Shown here piece after piece: positions 27,851-37,962 of a stretch of 64,000 nt of DNA. Every line of letters starts with the position of its first letter. The first letter of the stretch is position 1. The DNA comes from a virus (lineage: Duplodnaviria; Caudoviricetes): IMG/VR virus record IMGVR_UViG_3300033075_001896, positions 1 to 64,000 of that record, one strand, 5' to 3'. The notes under the pieces are model-generated. The model searched no databases and was not told the DNA's origin. It saw only the letters and a list, made by a program, of their open reading frames with translations. Made by a program: the position numbers and the translations under genes.

Positions 27851-28117
27851 ATGGGCGATCTGGTGAGGCCCCGCACCGCGCACGGTGCGGGGTCACGGGA
27901 GTCGTGTACGCACGACCACATCGCGGTGGACGCGTCCGCGCGCGAGGTCGAGTGCGCCGCGTGCGGGGTGCTCCTCGACCCGTTCGCGGTGCTCGACCGC
28001 TTCGCGCGCGACGGGACGCTCCTGCGGAAGATGTACGTGGAGCAGTTCCGCTTGCAGGCGGAGCTCGTCGCGCTCCTCCAGAAGGTCACGCAGACGCGCG
28101 AGCGCATCGCGCGGTGA
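27851..28117 (+). CDS. Small zinc-binding hypothetical protein
   Basis: CTHDH...VECAACG. Confidence 0.55.
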   Translation: MGDLVRPRTAHGAGSRESCTHDHIAVDASAREVECAACGVLLDPFAVLDRFARDGTLLRKMYVEQFRLQAELVALLQKVTQTRERIAR

Positions 28118-28130
28118 AGGGGTGAACAGG

Positions 28131-28832
28131 ATGTTCTCAGAACAGGTGCGCGCGGTGCTTCAGTCGCGCGAGCGTCGGCCCGACCCGTCGAAGCTCGACG
28201 TGCAGGGCCGCGAGGTCCATCAAATTCGGCTGCACGCGGAGGACGCGTACCGCCACGCGCGCCTCGTCGGGTACGACGCGCGGCAGGCCGTCGTCACGAC
28301 GCCGAGCGGGTGCCACGCCTTCGAGGTCGTGCGCCTCGGGTGGAACCGCGTGATCGTCCACGGCGACCTCACGCCCGTGACGTTCCGCGCGGGGGGCGAC
28401 GAGGTGTCGGTGTCGATCGCGGGGCTCGCGGCGGCGACGCTCCACTACGCCGAGGGCAAGGCCGAGGGCGACTGGCGCGTCTACAGCGCCGAGGCGTTTG
28501 CCGCGTACCTCGGTGAGCTCCACGACGAGACCGAGGACATGGCGCGGCGCGCGGCGCTCTTCGAACTCCTCACGCTCGTGACGCGCGACGAGGCGGAGTC
28601 GGTGGTCATGGCCGAGGCGTCCGCGATGGGGCTGGAGCTGCGCACGGCGCACACGGTCTACGACCCGTCCCTCGTGTGGGCGCACGAGGCCGCGAAGGTG
28701 GCGCACAAGCTCATCGCCGAGGCGCGGTGGGCGGCGTTCACGCGCGACCCCTGCACGGAGCGGCTCGCGCTCTACAACGCAAGCGCGGCCGTGAGTCGGG
28801 TGATTCGGCGCAACGAGCGGGAGGGCTGGTGA
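28131..28832 (+). CDS. Hypothetical protein
   Basis: Protein-like ORF; VIVHGDL motif. Confidence 0.55.
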   Translation: MFSEQVRAVLQSRERRPDPSKLDVQGREVHQIRLHAEDAYRHARLVGYDARQAVVTTPSGCHAFEVVRLGWNRVIVHGDLTPVTFRAGGDEVSVSIAGLAAATLHYAEGKAEGDWRVYSAEAFAAYLGELHDETEDMARRAALFELLTLVTRDEAESVVMAEASAMGLELRTAHTVYDPSLVWAHEAAKVAHKLIAEARWAAFTRDPCTERLALYNASAAVSRVIRRNEREGW

Positions 28833-31403
28833 ATGTGTAACAGGGTCAAGGAGCACGTCTACACGGTCTTCTTCGCGTTCGCGGGCATCGGCGGCGGCGC
28901 GCTCGGGTTCCAACAGGCGGCGGCCGCGCTGGAGAAGTTCGGGCTCAAGGGGCGCTTCCGCGTGATCGGCGCGTTCGACTTCGACGCGGGCGCCGCCGCG
29001 GACTTCGAGCGCCTCACGGGCGTCCCGTGCGAGGTGGTCGACGTCCGCAAGCTCACCGTGAAACGGCTGCGCGCGCTCTGCCCGCGTCGGCCCGACGTGG
29101 TGTTCGGGAGTGCGCCCTGCAAAGGCGCGTCGCCGCTCCTCGGCAACGAGCTCGCCGAGACCGAGAAGTACCAGGAGATGAACGAGCTCATGCTCGTGTG
29201 GACGGAACTGATGCTCGCCGCGTGGGGGGACGACCCCCCGCTCCTCGTCATCAACGAGAACGTCCCGCGCCTGGCTTCGAGGGCCAAGGACACCGTGAAG
29301 GAGGTTGTGAAGCTCCACCAGAAGCACGGCTATGTGGTGCACGCGGGGAGCCACGACTGCGGCGAGGTCGGCGGGCTCGCGCAGCACCGCGTGCGATTCC
29401 TTCTCGTGGCGCGGCTCGCGCGCAAGGTCACGTCGTTCCTCTACCAGCCCCCGAAGCAGCGCGTGCGGGGGTGCGGCGAGGTGATCGGGCCGCTCCCGCT
29501 CCCGTCGGACCCCGCGGGCGGCGACATGCACATCCTCACGGACATCTGCGTGACGAACTGGATCCGCCTCGCGTTGATCCCCCCGGGCGGGGACTGGCGG
29601 GACATCGAGGGGGCGCTCGCCGCCCACGAGGCGCGCAACGCCCACTGGTCGCGCTACCACACCGCGCGCTTCGACCTCGCGACGCCGGTCGTCGCGGGGA
29701 GCGGATCGAACGGGGCCTTTGGTGTGGGCGACGCGCGCGTGTCGCCGAGGGCCGCGACGGGCTTCGTCGCGTGCACGATCCCGGGCCTCGCGGACGATCG
29801 GCCGCTCGACGTGCGGCTCCCGGTGGACGCCTTCCCCCTGATGTACGGCGTCCGCGGGATGGCGCAGACGAGCGTGACGATCACCGGGAAGGCGTCGCCG
29901 TCGTGCGGCGCGTTCACGCTCGCCGACGAGCGGGTCGCGGCCGAGGTGCGTCGCGTCACGCACGACCCCGACGCGCACCGCAACAAGTACACGGTGGCGT
30001 GCGCGGGCTCCGGCGCTCCCTCGGTCGAAGACCTCCGCGTGCCCGCGGGGACGTATCGCGGTGCGTATGGTGTGCTGCACCTCGGCGACGCCTCGGGCGC
30101 GATCACCTCCGCGGAGGGTCCGAGCATGGGGCGCTTCGCGGTGGCCGACGCGCGCGTCGCGTCTGCCGTCCGCGCGCACGCCTACCACTTCACCAACGAG
30201 CTCATGCTCCACGCATGGAGCCGATCGGCGCGCACGGTCACGGGGGCGACGCACCTCGGCAACGGCGCCGGGGCCGTCGAGGACGTGCGCGTGCCGGGGC
30301 ACCGCTACGGGATGAACTGGCGCGTCGAGGACGCAAGCGCGCCCGCGCACACGGTGATCGGCGTGACGGACATCCAAGCGGGCGCCCCGTCGTACCCGGA
30401 CGTGCGCGTGCCGCCGAGCACGTTCCTGAGCTACGGCGTCCTCGCGTTCACGATGTCCACGGGGGCGATCACCGGGAACCACGCGCCGGGGGGCGGGTCG
30501 TTCTCGGTCGTGGACGTCCGCCTCACGTGCGAGGTGCGCGAGAACTCGGGCGCGTACGGCGTGCTCTCGCCAACGCGCCCGGCCTACACGATCACCGCGT
30601 GGGGGGACATCAACAACGGGCGCTTCGCGTTCGCCGACACGCGCGACCTCGGCGCCGTCGACGGCCGTCGGGACGTGGCGGTGATCCTCGTGGGGATGCT
30701 CGCGCCCGAGGCCCCGGACTTCGCCGCCGACGTGGAGGCTCGCGTCGAGCTCACCACGGCGCCCGCCCCCGAGGCCCCGAAGAAGCGGGGGCGCAGGCGC
30801 GTGCGTCGCGTCGCCGCGCCGTGCGGTCGTGTGCGCCGTCGGGGCGGTCGCGGCGCACTCTTCGAAGGTGTCGCGCTCGTCGCCGACCCGCGCGTGCCGC
30901 GGAACCCCTCGCTCGCCGTGCGGTTCTGGGCTACGCGCCTCGACCAGCCGCCGCTCTTCGTCCCGGTGCTCGCGACGCCCTCGGGCTACTGGCACCGCCC
31001 CCTGACGGTCTGGGAGCGATTCGCGCTCCAGGGCTTCCCGCTCTACGACGGGGACGGCCGCGCGATCGTGCTCTCGGGGACGACGATCTCGGACTGGTCG
31101 GAGCGTATCGGCAACGCGGTTCCGCCCCCGACCGCGAAGGCCGTCGCGGAGCAGATGCTCTTGACGCTCCTGCACGCCGAGGCCGGGGTGTTCGTCCTGT
31201 CGAGCGGGGGCGGGGCCTGGGTGCAGCCTGGACGCGCGCCGCGGTGGATGCGCGTCCTCGGCGTCCTTGACCTCATTCCGCGCGCGAAGCGGGCGTCGAA
31301 GAAACACGCGGCGCGGTGCGGGTCCTTCGCGCCGATCGAACCGGGCGACCCGTGGGCGTCGCTGGTGACACCGGGCCTGCCGCAGGGGGCCGCGCTCCAA
31401 TGA
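28833..31403 (+). CDS. C5-cytosine DNA methyltransferase with expanded, repeated variable region
   Basis: FAGIGG (I), SAPCKG (IV), ENV (VI), QHRVR (VIII), ERFALQGFP (IX), IGNAVPP (X). Confidence 0.92.
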   Translation: MCNRVKEHVYTVFFAFAGIGGGALGFQQAAAALEKFGLKGRFRVIGAFDFDAGAAADFERLTGVPCEVVDVRKLTVKRLRALCPRRPDVVFGSAPCKGASPLLGNELAETEKYQEMNELMLVWTELMLAAWGDDPPLLVINENVPRLASRAKDTVKEVVKLHQKHGYVVHAGSHDCGEVGGLAQHRVRFLLVARLARKVTSFLYQPPKQRVRGCGEVIGPLPLPSDPAGGDMHILTDICVTNWIRLALIPPGGDWRDIEGALAAHEARNAHWSRYHTARFDLATPVVAGSGSNGAFGVGDARVSPRAATGFVACTIPGLADDRPLDVRLPVDAFPLMYGVRGMAQTSVTITGKASPSCGAFTLADERVAAEVRRVTHDPDAHRNKYTVACAGSGAPSVEDLRVPAGTYRGAYGVLHLGDASGAITSAEGPSMGRFAVADARVASAVRAHAYHFTNELMLHAWSRSARTVTGATHLGNGAGAVEDVRVPGHRYGMNWRVEDASAPAHTVIGVTDIQAGAPSYPDVRVPPSTFLSYGVLAFTMSTGAITGNHAPGGGSFSVVDVRLTCEVRENSGAYGVLSPTRPAYTITAWGDINNGRFAFADTRDLGAVDGRRDVAVILVGMLAPEAPDFAADVEARVELTTAPAPEAPKKRGRRRVRRVAAPCGRVRRRGGRGALFEGVALVADPRVPRNPSLAVRFWATRLDQPPLFVPVLATPSGYWHRPLTVWERFALQGFPLYDGDGRAIVLSGTTISDWSERIGNAVPPPTAKAVAEQMLLTLLHAEAGVFVLSSGGGAWVQPGRAPRWMRVLGVLDLIPRAKRASKKHAARCGSFAPIEPGDPWASLVTPGLPQGAALQ

Positions 31404-31873
31404 GCTTCACGGGCACCCGAGAGGGCGTGTTCATCGTCGCCCGCGCCTGCGCCTTCGAGGGCTGCGAGGCGGTGCACGTCGCCCGCGTCCCGTTCGCCAA
31501 CCGCTTCAACGCCCGCGCCTCGACCGTGCGGACGTTCGTGCGGATGCAGGCCGCCGCGGATTTGAAGCGCGACGGGTGGGCGGCGCGCGAGGAGCACTCA
31601 TACGCGCTCGACCCCGAACCGCCCGTCTGGTGCGTCGAGCACAAAGCGTTCGCCCGCACGCCCCACGAGTGGCCCACGGTCGACCAGCTCGTCGCGCACC
31701 TCGCCCACGGCGGCGTCTGGCAGGTGAAGACGCCCGCGGGGGCGTTCCGCGTCTTCACGCGCGTGCACAACGGCGTCCCCGAGATCCGCCGCGAGAACCG
31801 CTCCGAGTGGGACGTCTACGGGCTCTACATCGCCCGCCGCGAAGTCACGATCGAGCCGGAGTACCGGCCGTGA
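31400..31873 (+). CDS. Hypothetical protein
   Basis: ATGA coupling. Confidence 0.5.
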   Translation: MSFTGTREGVFIVARACAFEGCEAVHVARVPFANRFNARASTVRTFVRMQAAADLKRDGWAAREEHSYALDPEPPVWCVEHKAFARTPHEWPTVDQLVAHLAHGGVWQVKTPAGAFRVFTRVHNGVPEIRRENRSEWDVYGLYIARREVTIEPEYRP

Positions 31874-32043
31874 GCGCGCCCGTCTTCACGCCGCGGGCGA
31901 CCGGCCGCCACACGCACCACTGTACGAAGTGCGGCCTCGCGCGCATCTGCGCGAAGCGGGGCTGCTTCCTGAGCGTGAGAGCGAGCGCGCGGCGGGAGCG
32001 GCCCGTGGTGCTCGACCTCTGCGCGCGGTGCGCCGATGGTTGA
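31870..32043 (+). CDS. Small zinc-finger protein
   Basis: HHCTKC...CAKRGC...CARC. Confidence 0.45.
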   Translation: MSAPVFTPRATGRHTHHCTKCGLARICAKRGCFLSVRASARRERPVVLDLCARCADG

Positions 32044-32599
32044 GCGGATCTACCTCGGGCCGAAGGCGAGCGTCGAGGCCATGCTCCGCGGCGCCCTCGA
32101 CGAGGTCGTGCGGTGGCTCGCGCGCGCGCCACGCCTCGACCTCCACGCCGTCGACCTCACCGATCCCGTCCTTCACCCCGCGGCGCTGCTCTTCCACACG
32201 TCCCTCGCGCTCGAAGGGGTGGGGCCGCTCCTCGATGTCGTCGAGCAAATCCTCAAGACGGAGATCACGCTCCTCGCCCGCGCGATGGAGCCCCAGGTCC
32301 GCGGGATCGGCGCGCACGAGGCCCACGACCACGCGATGGTCACGGCGCTCACCCGCGCGCGCTACCGGTGGGCGTGGCACGTCCACGGCGCGGTCGGGAC
32401 CTGGCGCGCGGCGTACGACCTCGCGGTGAAGGAGGAGGGGTCGCGGGGCGTGCGGGACCGCGTGCGGACGAAGCTCATCGCCCTGGTCGGAGACCTCGAC
32501 AACGCGCAGGTGCAACTCGGGGCCCTCATGGCCCCGATGCGCGAGGCCGCCGCGCGGCTCAAGGCGTCGGCGGCGGAGGAGGAGCCATGCTCGACGTGA
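32036..32599 (+). CDS. Hypothetical protein
   Basis: Operon coupling. Confidence 0.55.
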   Translation: MVERIYLGPKASVEAMLRGALDEVVRWLARAPRLDLHAVDLTDPVLHPAALLFHTSLALEGVGPLLDVVEQILKTEITLLARAMEPQVRGIGAHEAHDHAMVTALTRARYRWAWHVHGAVGTWRAAYDLAVKEEGSRGVRDRVRTKLIALVGDLDNAQVQLGALMAPMREAAARLKASAAEEEPCST

Positions 32600-32832
32600 C
32601 GAATCCGATCTGGAAGCGCCTGCCGACCGAGGTCCGCCGCGCGGTCCTCGACGTGGTGATGTCGATGGCGGCGAACGACGAGGTGGCCCTCTTCACCTAC
32701 GAGGGCAAACCGCGCGTGCTCCTGCCGCTCGTGCCGACGCCCGAACAGCGTGAACGCCTCGAACGCGTCGGGTTCAGCGACCGTCACGCGCCGAGCGCGA
32801 AACGCGCGTTCCTCTACGCGCCGAAGACGTAG
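32587..32832 (+). CDS. Hypothetical protein
   Basis: GGAGG RBS. Confidence 0.5.
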   Translation: MLDVTNPIWKRLPTEVRRAVLDVVMSMAANDEVALFTYEGKPRVLLPLVPTPEQRERLERVGFSDRHAPSAKRAFLYAPKT

Positions 32833-32864
32833 CACTGGCCCCGCGCGTGCAACACACCGCGGGC

Positions 32865-33998
32865 ATGGACGACCCCTCTCCCCAGGCCGGAACGTCGGCC
32901 GACGATCTTCGCGCGCTCGAAGCGCTCGACCTCCCACATCTCCGCGCCTTCGCGTCGGATCTCATCCACGAGAACCGACGTCTGCGGCTGATCCAGAAGA
33001 CGCTCGCCAAGGCGGGCGTCGGGACGGGCGCCGTGGTCGAGCTCTACAGCAACGAGCGCTTCGGCGAGCACTACTTCGGCTTCGTGATCTGTCGCGCCGA
33101 CCGAGACGAGGTGGCTTTCTGCGGCGACGTGCGCGAGGCCATCGACCGCCACCTCGGGCCGGTGCTCGTCGCGATGAACCAGAAGCTCCTCGGGACGAGC
33201 GCCGTCGATCGAAAGCGGGCGCCCGAGACCCCCGAGGACCGCGCGGCCCTCGCGACCGCGATCTACGAGGCGCTCGTCGAGAGCGGCGAGATCGAGCACT
33301 CGCTCCAGGCGTGCGCGAACGAGGACTTCTGCGTGCTCTACGGGTACGGGGCGCACCTCGACGCGCTCGTGTCGAACGTCGTCGAGGTCGCCAGCACCTA
33401 CACGGCCTTCGCCGTCCGCCGGAGCTACCTCGCGGAGCAGCTCCAGCGCGTCGGTCGGACGGGCGACGCCGAGCTCGTGCGGCGCGTGGTGCCCTCGGAC
33501 GGCGATCGGGGCCTGCGAAGCGCGGCGGCGCGGCTCCTCGTCTGTGAGCTCGGCGGGGAGCTGGAGGTGCAGTGGCACGGCGGGCTCGCGGACTCGACCC
33601 ACGCGGCGACGGTGCGCGGTGCAGACCACGGCGCGCAGGTGAAGGCCGCGCTCGACGCCTTCCACGCCACGCCGTCGTTCGTCCGCGCTTCCTTCTGGAA
33701 GCGCGCCGACGAGGCGTCATGCGTGGGCGACGCGTCGTGCGTGGTCTTCGGCGCCGGGGCGCACCTTCAGGTCATCTGGCCTGGGGCGTTTGCGCGGCCC
33801 GAAGAGTACGAGTGTTTCGCGTGGTTGGAGCGCGAAGTCGCGTCGTGCTTCGAACTCGCCGATCGCCCCGAAGCGGCGAAGCTCGTGCGCACCGGACCTT
33901 CGACGCCGAGGCCCGAGGGCGCGCGCAAGCTCGTGATCGTGACCGAGGGCGCGGTGGCGGTGTTCTGGTGGAACGGGACGGAGGTCGTAGCTCAATGA
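32865..33998 (+). CDS. Hypothetical protein
   Basis: Long protein-like ORF. Confidence 0.6.
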   Translation: MDDPSPQAGTSADDLRALEALDLPHLRAFASDLIHENRRLRLIQKTLAKAGVGTGAVVELYSNERFGEHYFGFVICRADRDEVAFCGDVREAIDRHLGPVLVAMNQKLLGTSAVDRKRAPETPEDRAALATAIYEALVESGEIEHSLQACANEDFCVLYGYGAHLDALVSNVVEVASTYTAFAVRRSYLAEQLQRVGRTGDAELVRRVVPSDGDRGLRSAAARLLVCELGGELEVQWHGGLADSTHAATVRGADHGAQVKAALDAFHATPSFVRASFWKRADEASCVGDASCVVFGAGAHLQVIWPGAFARPEEYECFAWLEREVASCFELADRPEAAKLVRTGPSTPRPEGARKLVIVTEGAVAVFWWNGTEVVAQ

Positions 33999-35494
33999 GC
34001 GAGCACACCCCCGACACCACGCCCGAGGCGGGCGCCGACGATCCGCTCGCCGCCCTCCGCGCCGAGCGCGACCACTACTTCGAAGGCTTCGAGGCCCTGC
34101 GCCGCGGCACTCAGGCGCTCCTCGACGCCGTGAAGGCGCGCGACTGGCTCAAGGCGACGGTCGTCGCGGCGGAGATGACCGAGACCGAGGTCGCCCGAAA
34201 GCGCCTCGTGCTCGACCGCGACGGGACGATCCACGCGACCGGGTGGGCGGTCGATCTCCTCTCGCAGAGCCTCTACGAATGGCTCGACGCGCTCGGCGCC
34301 GAGAACAACTGCCAGTGGCGCATCTCGAACAAGACCGACCCGCAGGGCCGCGAGCTCACCGTCACCGCGCAGTGGTCGCACGGCCAGACGCCCATGGAGA
34401 TGCGCGCCGCGGCCCTGGCCGAAGTCGAGCGGCTGCGCGCGGCGCTCGCCGAGGCCGAGAAGCGCCATCAGGAGCACGGGGCGTTCATCCAGCTCGGCGG
34501 CTTCCGCGTCGGGATCGACACAGCCGCGGCGTGGCTCGACCAGCGCGCGGCCGCCCTCGACGAGCGCCGCGCGCACCTCGAACCGAACCCGAACGGGTTC
34601 CCCGCGGACATCCACCACAACCTCGTGGAGGACTTCCGCGAGAGCGCCGCGCAGGCCCGCCTCGACGCGCAGACGATCCGCGACCTCCCGCCGCCCGCGT
34701 CCTTCCCCGACGCGGCGCTCCTGGCCGACGCGCGGCTCCGCGCGCAACACGACGAGCAGGTGAATGAGCTCCGCGCGCAGCGCGACGCGAGCCACCGCCG
34801 CGAGGAGTCTTTGCGTCGGGCGTCGGAGGGGAGCACGGTGCCCCCCGCGGGGTGGGAGGTCGCGGCGCTCGACATGGATGGCGGCGCATTCGTGATCTGC
34901 ACGGCGCCGGTCCCCGCGGCGTCGCGCGAGGTTCCGCTCACGGCGCCGAACCTCCGCCGCACGCTGGAGCTGGCGCACTACCACCGGACGCACGCCGACT
35001 GCGGCTTCCGCTGGCTCGCGGTCGATCGGAAGGGGCGCGCGATCGAGCGGCCCGAGGTGCGCCGCGGCGTGGTGATGCTCGTGGAGCGCGACGGCCGCTT
35101 CGCGGCGATCCACTCGGCCAAGCACGGGGGCGCGGTCGAGCTCCCGGGGGGCAAGCTGCACGACGGGGAGCCGCCCGCCGAGGCCGCGATGCGCGAGGCG
35201 CGCGAAGAGGTCGGGCTGGCGGTGAACGTCCTCCAGGGCCTCGGGGACTTCCTCCACAAGCACGAGGGCACGTGGTGGTGCGCGCACGCCTTCGTCGCCG
35301 TCGGGGCCGAGGGCGATCTCGTCGGGAGCGCGGAGGGCGAGGCGCTCTGGGCCACCCGCGAAGAGCTCCTCGGGGGCACCTACGGCGAGGTCGTTGCGCG
35401 CATCCTCGCGACGTACGACCGGCTGATGGAGACCCTGCGCAAGGCGGTCGAGGTGCGCGTCGAAGACGCGACCGCGGAGCCGTCCCGTGACTGA
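33995..35494 (+). CDS. Multidomain protein with C-terminal NUDIX hydrolase
   Basis: Nudix box GGKLHDGEPPAEAAMREAREEVGL. Confidence 0.8.
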   Translation: MSEHTPDTTPEAGADDPLAALRAERDHYFEGFEALRRGTQALLDAVKARDWLKATVVAAEMTETEVARKRLVLDRDGTIHATGWAVDLLSQSLYEWLDALGAENNCQWRISNKTDPQGRELTVTAQWSHGQTPMEMRAAALAEVERLRAALAEAEKRHQEHGAFIQLGGFRVGIDTAAAWLDQRAAALDERRAHLEPNPNGFPADIHHNLVEDFRESAAQARLDAQTIRDLPPPASFPDAALLADARLRAQHDEQVNELRAQRDASHRREESLRRASEGSTVPPAGWEVAALDMDGGAFVICTAPVPAASREVPLTAPNLRRTLELAHYHRTHADCGFRWLAVDRKGRAIERPEVRRGVVMLVERDGRFAAIHSAKHGGAVELPGGKLHDGEPPAEAAMREAREEVGLAVNVLQGLGDFLHKHEGTWWCAHAFVAVGAEGDLVGSAEGEALWATREELLGGTYGEVVARILATYDRLMETLRKAVEVRVEDATAEPSRD

Positions 35495-35762
35495 GCTCGA
35501 CCGTCTGCTCCAGGGGAGCCGCGTGTCCGCGGACGATCAGGCGAAGCTCCGCCACACCGTCGCGGTGATCGAAGGGGGCGGCACCTACGCCGAGGCCCGC
35601 GAGGCGGCGGGTCTGTCCGTCGGCCAGGCCGCGCAGGTGACCGCGATCGACCGTGCCCGTCTGCGCGCGATCGAGGCGGGCGACGCCACGCCCACCGACG
35701 CCGAGTTCGCGCGGCTGCGTGAGACCTACGACGTGGCGGGGTTCGCGGGGGCGACGCGGTGA
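35487..35762 (+). CDS. XRE-like HTH protein
   Basis: AREAAGLSVGQAAQVTAIDRARLRAIEAG. Confidence 0.7.
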   Translation: MTELDRLLQGSRVSADDQAKLRHTVAVIEGGGTYAEAREAAGLSVGQAAQVTAIDRARLRAIEAGDATPTDAEFARLRETYDVAGFAGATR

Positions 35763-36727
35763 GGGCCGTCGCGCCGAAGGGCGCCGACGCCGACGAGCGG
35801 GCGCTCCGCCGTGACCTCGTGCGCATCCTCGCGGCCACGTCCGCCAACTTCTACACGAAGGAGCCGGAGGGGGATCGGCTGCACCGGGATCGGTGGCGCG
35901 AGCGCATCCGTCGGACGAAGGACGTGTGGAACCTCCGCTACATGCCGAAGGCCATCCACCTCGCGAATCACCACCCGGTGCCGTGGGCGCCCGACGCCGC
36001 GACGCGCTGGCCCGCCCTCGTTTCCGTGCTCAACGCGCTGCGCGACAGCCGCGGCGAGGTCGGCGTGGCGTGGGAGGCCCTCTTCGCGCGCGAGGTCCTG
36101 CCCGCGTCGTGGTTCGAGGACCCCGGCCGTCGGTTCTGGTGCGCGGGCTGCGACGGGACGGGGGACGGCATCTGGCGCGACGCGCAGATGTTGGCGTGCC
36201 CGTGCGCGGGCCTGCACCGCGTCGAGCCGCGCACGTTCCTCGACCTCGTGTCGTGGGCGAGTCTCGGGAAGGACACGATCGGGCGGGCCGAGGAGACGGC
36301 CCGCGAGGCGTCGCGTCGAATCCTCCGCTGGGGGATCGGCTCGACGGCGCAATCGATCGTGTGGCGTGTCGCCCACCCGTCCGAGCTCTATGCCGCCACG
36401 ACCCCGCCGCACGTCGTGGGCTACGACAAATTCGCCCGTGGCGTGCGCCTGTCTCCAATCGCGTGCGAGATCGGCGCCCCCGCCAAACGATTCATCCGGT
36501 GGGACGACGCCTACCTCGAAGCCGTGAATCGCACGTGGAGTAAAGCGCAACGCGGCTTCGGATGGTACTGCGGCATCGTGGCGGGCTACTGCGCGTGTTG
36601 GCACGACGAGCGCCCGAACCCCTACGTGCCGATGCGCGAACTCCTCGACCTCGGCGTGGTGCTCGACGCAATCACCGACGTCGCGATCGTCCTCTCCCTC
36701 GCGCCCATCGGAGGCCCCCGTGCCTGA
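35759..36727 (+). CDS. Hypothetical protein with CxxCxGxG knuckle
   Basis: CAGCDGTG...CPC; GTGA coupling. Confidence 0.55.
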   Translation: MRAVAPKGADADERALRRDLVRILAATSANFYTKEPEGDRLHRDRWRERIRRTKDVWNLRYMPKAIHLANHHPVPWAPDAATRWPALVSVLNALRDSRGEVGVAWEALFAREVLPASWFEDPGRRFWCAGCDGTGDGIWRDAQMLACPCAGLHRVEPRTFLDLVSWASLGKDTIGRAEETAREASRRILRWGIGSTAQSIVWRVAHPSELYAATTPPHVVGYDKFARGVRLSPIACEIGAPAKRFIRWDDAYLEAVNRTWSKAQRGFGWYCGIVAGYCACWHDERPNPYVPMRELLDLGVVLDAITDVAIVLSLAPIGGPRA

Positions 36728-37280
36728 TCGTGTGCTGCTGATTGCGGGGGCCGTCGCGCTCGGCGACACGCCCCGCGCGCGCCAGTGGGCGCACTTGAAG
36801 ATCGCCGAGACGATGGCGTGGCTCCTCGACGGCGACGCGCCCCTTCTCGTCCACGGCGGGTGCACCGACCCGCAGCGCGCGCCCCCGCGCGACAACGTGG
36901 ACTGGTGGGCCGACGCCATCGCCCGTGCGGCGGGCGTCACGCGCCACATCTACATGGCGAAGGGCCTCGTGTGGGTGTGTCGGCCGCCACGGTTCAAACC
37001 GGAGCCTTCGTGTTGGAAGGACGGCGACGCGCCCGACCCGAAGGCCCGCAACGTGCAGATGGTGACCGCCGTGAGCGGGGCGCTTCGCGCGATGGAAAAG
37101 GACCTCGGCGTGCCCGCCGCGGAGCTCGGTCACGCGGTGCGGGTCGTCGGCCTGCGCGCGCCGTGGTCGCAGCGCAACGGCACGGCGCACCTCCTCGGTC
37201 GCGCGCGCCGCGCGCAGCTCCCGCGCATCGACGAACACCTGTGCCCCGAAGCCTACGGGCCCTCGGGGGGAGAGTCGTAG
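36720..37280 (+). CDS. SLOG-superfamily (DUF2493/YspA-like) protein
   Basis: LLIAG...LVHGGC...VDWWADAIA...ARNVQMV...NGTAH. Confidence 0.6.
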   Translation: MPDRVLLIAGAVALGDTPRARQWAHLKIAETMAWLLDGDAPLLVHGGCTDPQRAPPRDNVDWWADAIARAAGVTRHIYMAKGLVWVCRPPRFKPEPSCWKDGDAPDPKARNVQMVTAVSGALRAMEKDLGVPAAELGHAVRVVGLRAPWSQRNGTAHLLGRARRAQLPRIDEHLCPEAYGPSGGES

Positions 37281-37283
37281 AGA

Positions 37284-37811
37284 ATGAAGCTCAGTGTTGA
37301 AGAAGAGCAGGAGCTGCGACGGCTCCTCGCGCGCTTCCCAACCACCCGCGCGGGGGAGCGGGAGTTCGCCCTCGCGCTGCACACGATGACCGTCGCGGCG
37401 CGCGGGTACGTGCGCTTCTACCTCGACCTCTCGGGGTACGCGCTCCAGCGGATCGAGCGGTGCGCGATCGAAGGGGCGAAGGCGCCCGACCCGGGGGCCG
37501 TGGGCGCCGTCATCGAGTGGCGGCTGATCCGCCACTTCAAGTCCGTCGCGCAGCTCGCGCTCGCCGAGGTCTCGGCGCTCAAGGCCGTGCAGCACTTCGT
37601 CTACGCGGTGCGCACCGAGGACTACGCGACGCGCGCGGACAACGTGCTCGACGCGATCGAGCACTGGCAGGAGGCCGCGGCGAACGACGCGATCGAGCAC
37701 CAGAATCTCCCCGAGAACGAGGCCGAGGCGCGGGGTCGCGTCTTCCGCCTCGCGGCCGGGCTCCTCGCGGGGCACGCCGAGACGGCCCTCGTGGAGGCGC
37801 TCCGTGGGTAG
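37284..37811 (+). CDS. Hypothetical protein
   Basis: Protein-like ORF. Confidence 0.55.
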   Translation: MKLSVEEEQELRRLLARFPTTRAGEREFALALHTMTVAARGYVRFYLDLSGYALQRIERCAIEGAKAPDPGAVGAVIEWRLIRHFKSVAQLALAEVSALKAVQHFVYAVRTEDYATRADNVLDAIEHWQEAAANDAIEHQNLPENEAEARGRVFRLAAGLLAGHAETALVEALRG

Positions 37812-37962
37812 CCCCGCCCGCGCCCTCCCCCCGGCGACCGTTCGCCCCGCGAACGACACCGCGCCGCCCGCGGTCGATCCCGCGCTCCTGCCGACCCTCG
37901 ACGCGCTCGCGCACCTTCTCGTAGCGAATTTGAAGCGTGATCGGGCAAAGTCGCGCCCATGA
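37804..37962 (+). CDS. Small ORF coupled to the integrase (52 aa)
   Basis: Manual translation VGSPARALPP...LDALAHLLVANLKRDRAKSRP; ATGA overlap with the integrase start. Confidence 0.45.
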   Translation: MGSPARALPPATVRPANDTAPPAVDPALLPTLDALAHLLVANLKRDRAKSRP

